A stretch of DNA of 64,000 nucleotides from Octopus vulgaris (Eukaryota), in assembly GCA_951406725.2 (NCBI GenBank), contig OX597832.1:54064001-54128000 (forward strand), given 5' to 3'. The position numbers were made by a program, and so were the translations under genes. Under the pieces are notes generated by a model. It saw nothing but the letters and a program-made list of their open reading frames with translations. It did not search any database and was not told the origin of the DNA. Below, in pieces: positions 63,138 through 64,000 of this stretch; position 1 is the first letter of the stretch; each line of letters starts with the position of its first letter.

Positions 63138-64000
63138 GTTAGTTCCTGAAAGACTTAGAATTCTACTGAAATAGTTTTATTTTCATTTTATTCTTTACAT
63201 TCAGTGTATGTTTGTATTTTCTTTTTATTCTTAGTTCACCATTCTGCTGCCTCATACCTCTTTATGCCTTTAATATCTTAGTTTTGTATTATTTGCTTTT
63301 GGACCAGTTCCAGAGATTTACAGTTATTCTTGTAAAGTGGGTGTGTTTTTTTTTTTTCTTCTCTTGTTTCAATTCTATTTAAGAAAATTACAAAAAAAAG
63401 AAACCGTTTTTCTCTTAATTACTATGATTCATTTATAATAGTTAGCTTGAATTTTCGTGCATCTACTTGATATATCTCTGCTGGCAAAATTAACTCAGAG
63501 GTTAGTTACCTTATTCTTTTAATATCCAACATTTGTGTTGTTGGTGATAATTTACCTGTAGTTTACCTTTGCAAACAAGCCAAAGAAGTGGCCGTTTCCA
63601 TCATTCAATACAAAATCACATCACATCACATTGAAAAAATATTTCACTGTAAAAGATTGATTTCTCAAAATCAAAGTTCAAATGGCTACATACAAAAGTT
63701 ATTTGAAACCCCCCCCCCAAAAAAAAAACAATTTTATATTACGGAACTGAATATTAGCCACTACATCATGTGGTTTTTATATCAGTTTCAGCAATGAATT
63801 AGCAATAATATCTTTGGAAGTTATCTTCTATTTTATGTCTTTGATGTTATATGGTAAACTAGGATTTGGTGCTGAATTCTTTTCATTCAAATTTGGTAGT
63901 ATTAGTTTGACATCTAATTATTAATTAATATCGAGATAAATTACATTTCTCTCTATATCCAACTTTGCTCTGTTTTTTTTATTTATTTTCTTTCCTTACA

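Overview
AT-rich, repeat-dense eukaryotic DNA with spliceosomal introns. The SINE families, RTE tails and microsatellites point to an octopus or other coleoid cephalopod (inference). Two genes lie head-to-head about 17 kb apart. (1) On the - strand is the 5' part of a Polycomb Scm/SCMH1-like MBT-repeat gene: exons 15012-15083, 5844-5914, 3246-3480 and 1030-1118, with probable upstream exons near 27375 and 33232; it runs off the left edge. (2) On the + strand is eIF4E2/4EHP: exons 52788-52866, 56139-56261, 59257-59361, 61867-62019 and 63001-63137, with a probable, tandemly duplicated first exon near 50974; it continues off the right edge. The rest is mostly transposon-derived: tRNA-SINEs, RTE, CR1 and R4/Dong LINE fragments, mariner fossils, piggyBac/hAT/MULE/Tc1 MITEs and Helitrons. 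Four items are most notable. First, several minimal type I hammerhead ribozyme motifs occur in unrelated Penelope-like small elements, one of them a tRNA-headed (Pol III) SINE arranged as an inverted dimer at 20878-21335. Second, a head-to-tail Helitron trimer has exact CTAG|TC junctions and nested insertions. Third, there are many long hairpins. Fourth, inverted LINE pairs flank coding exons. All coordinates were read by eye, so repeat boundaries are approximate.
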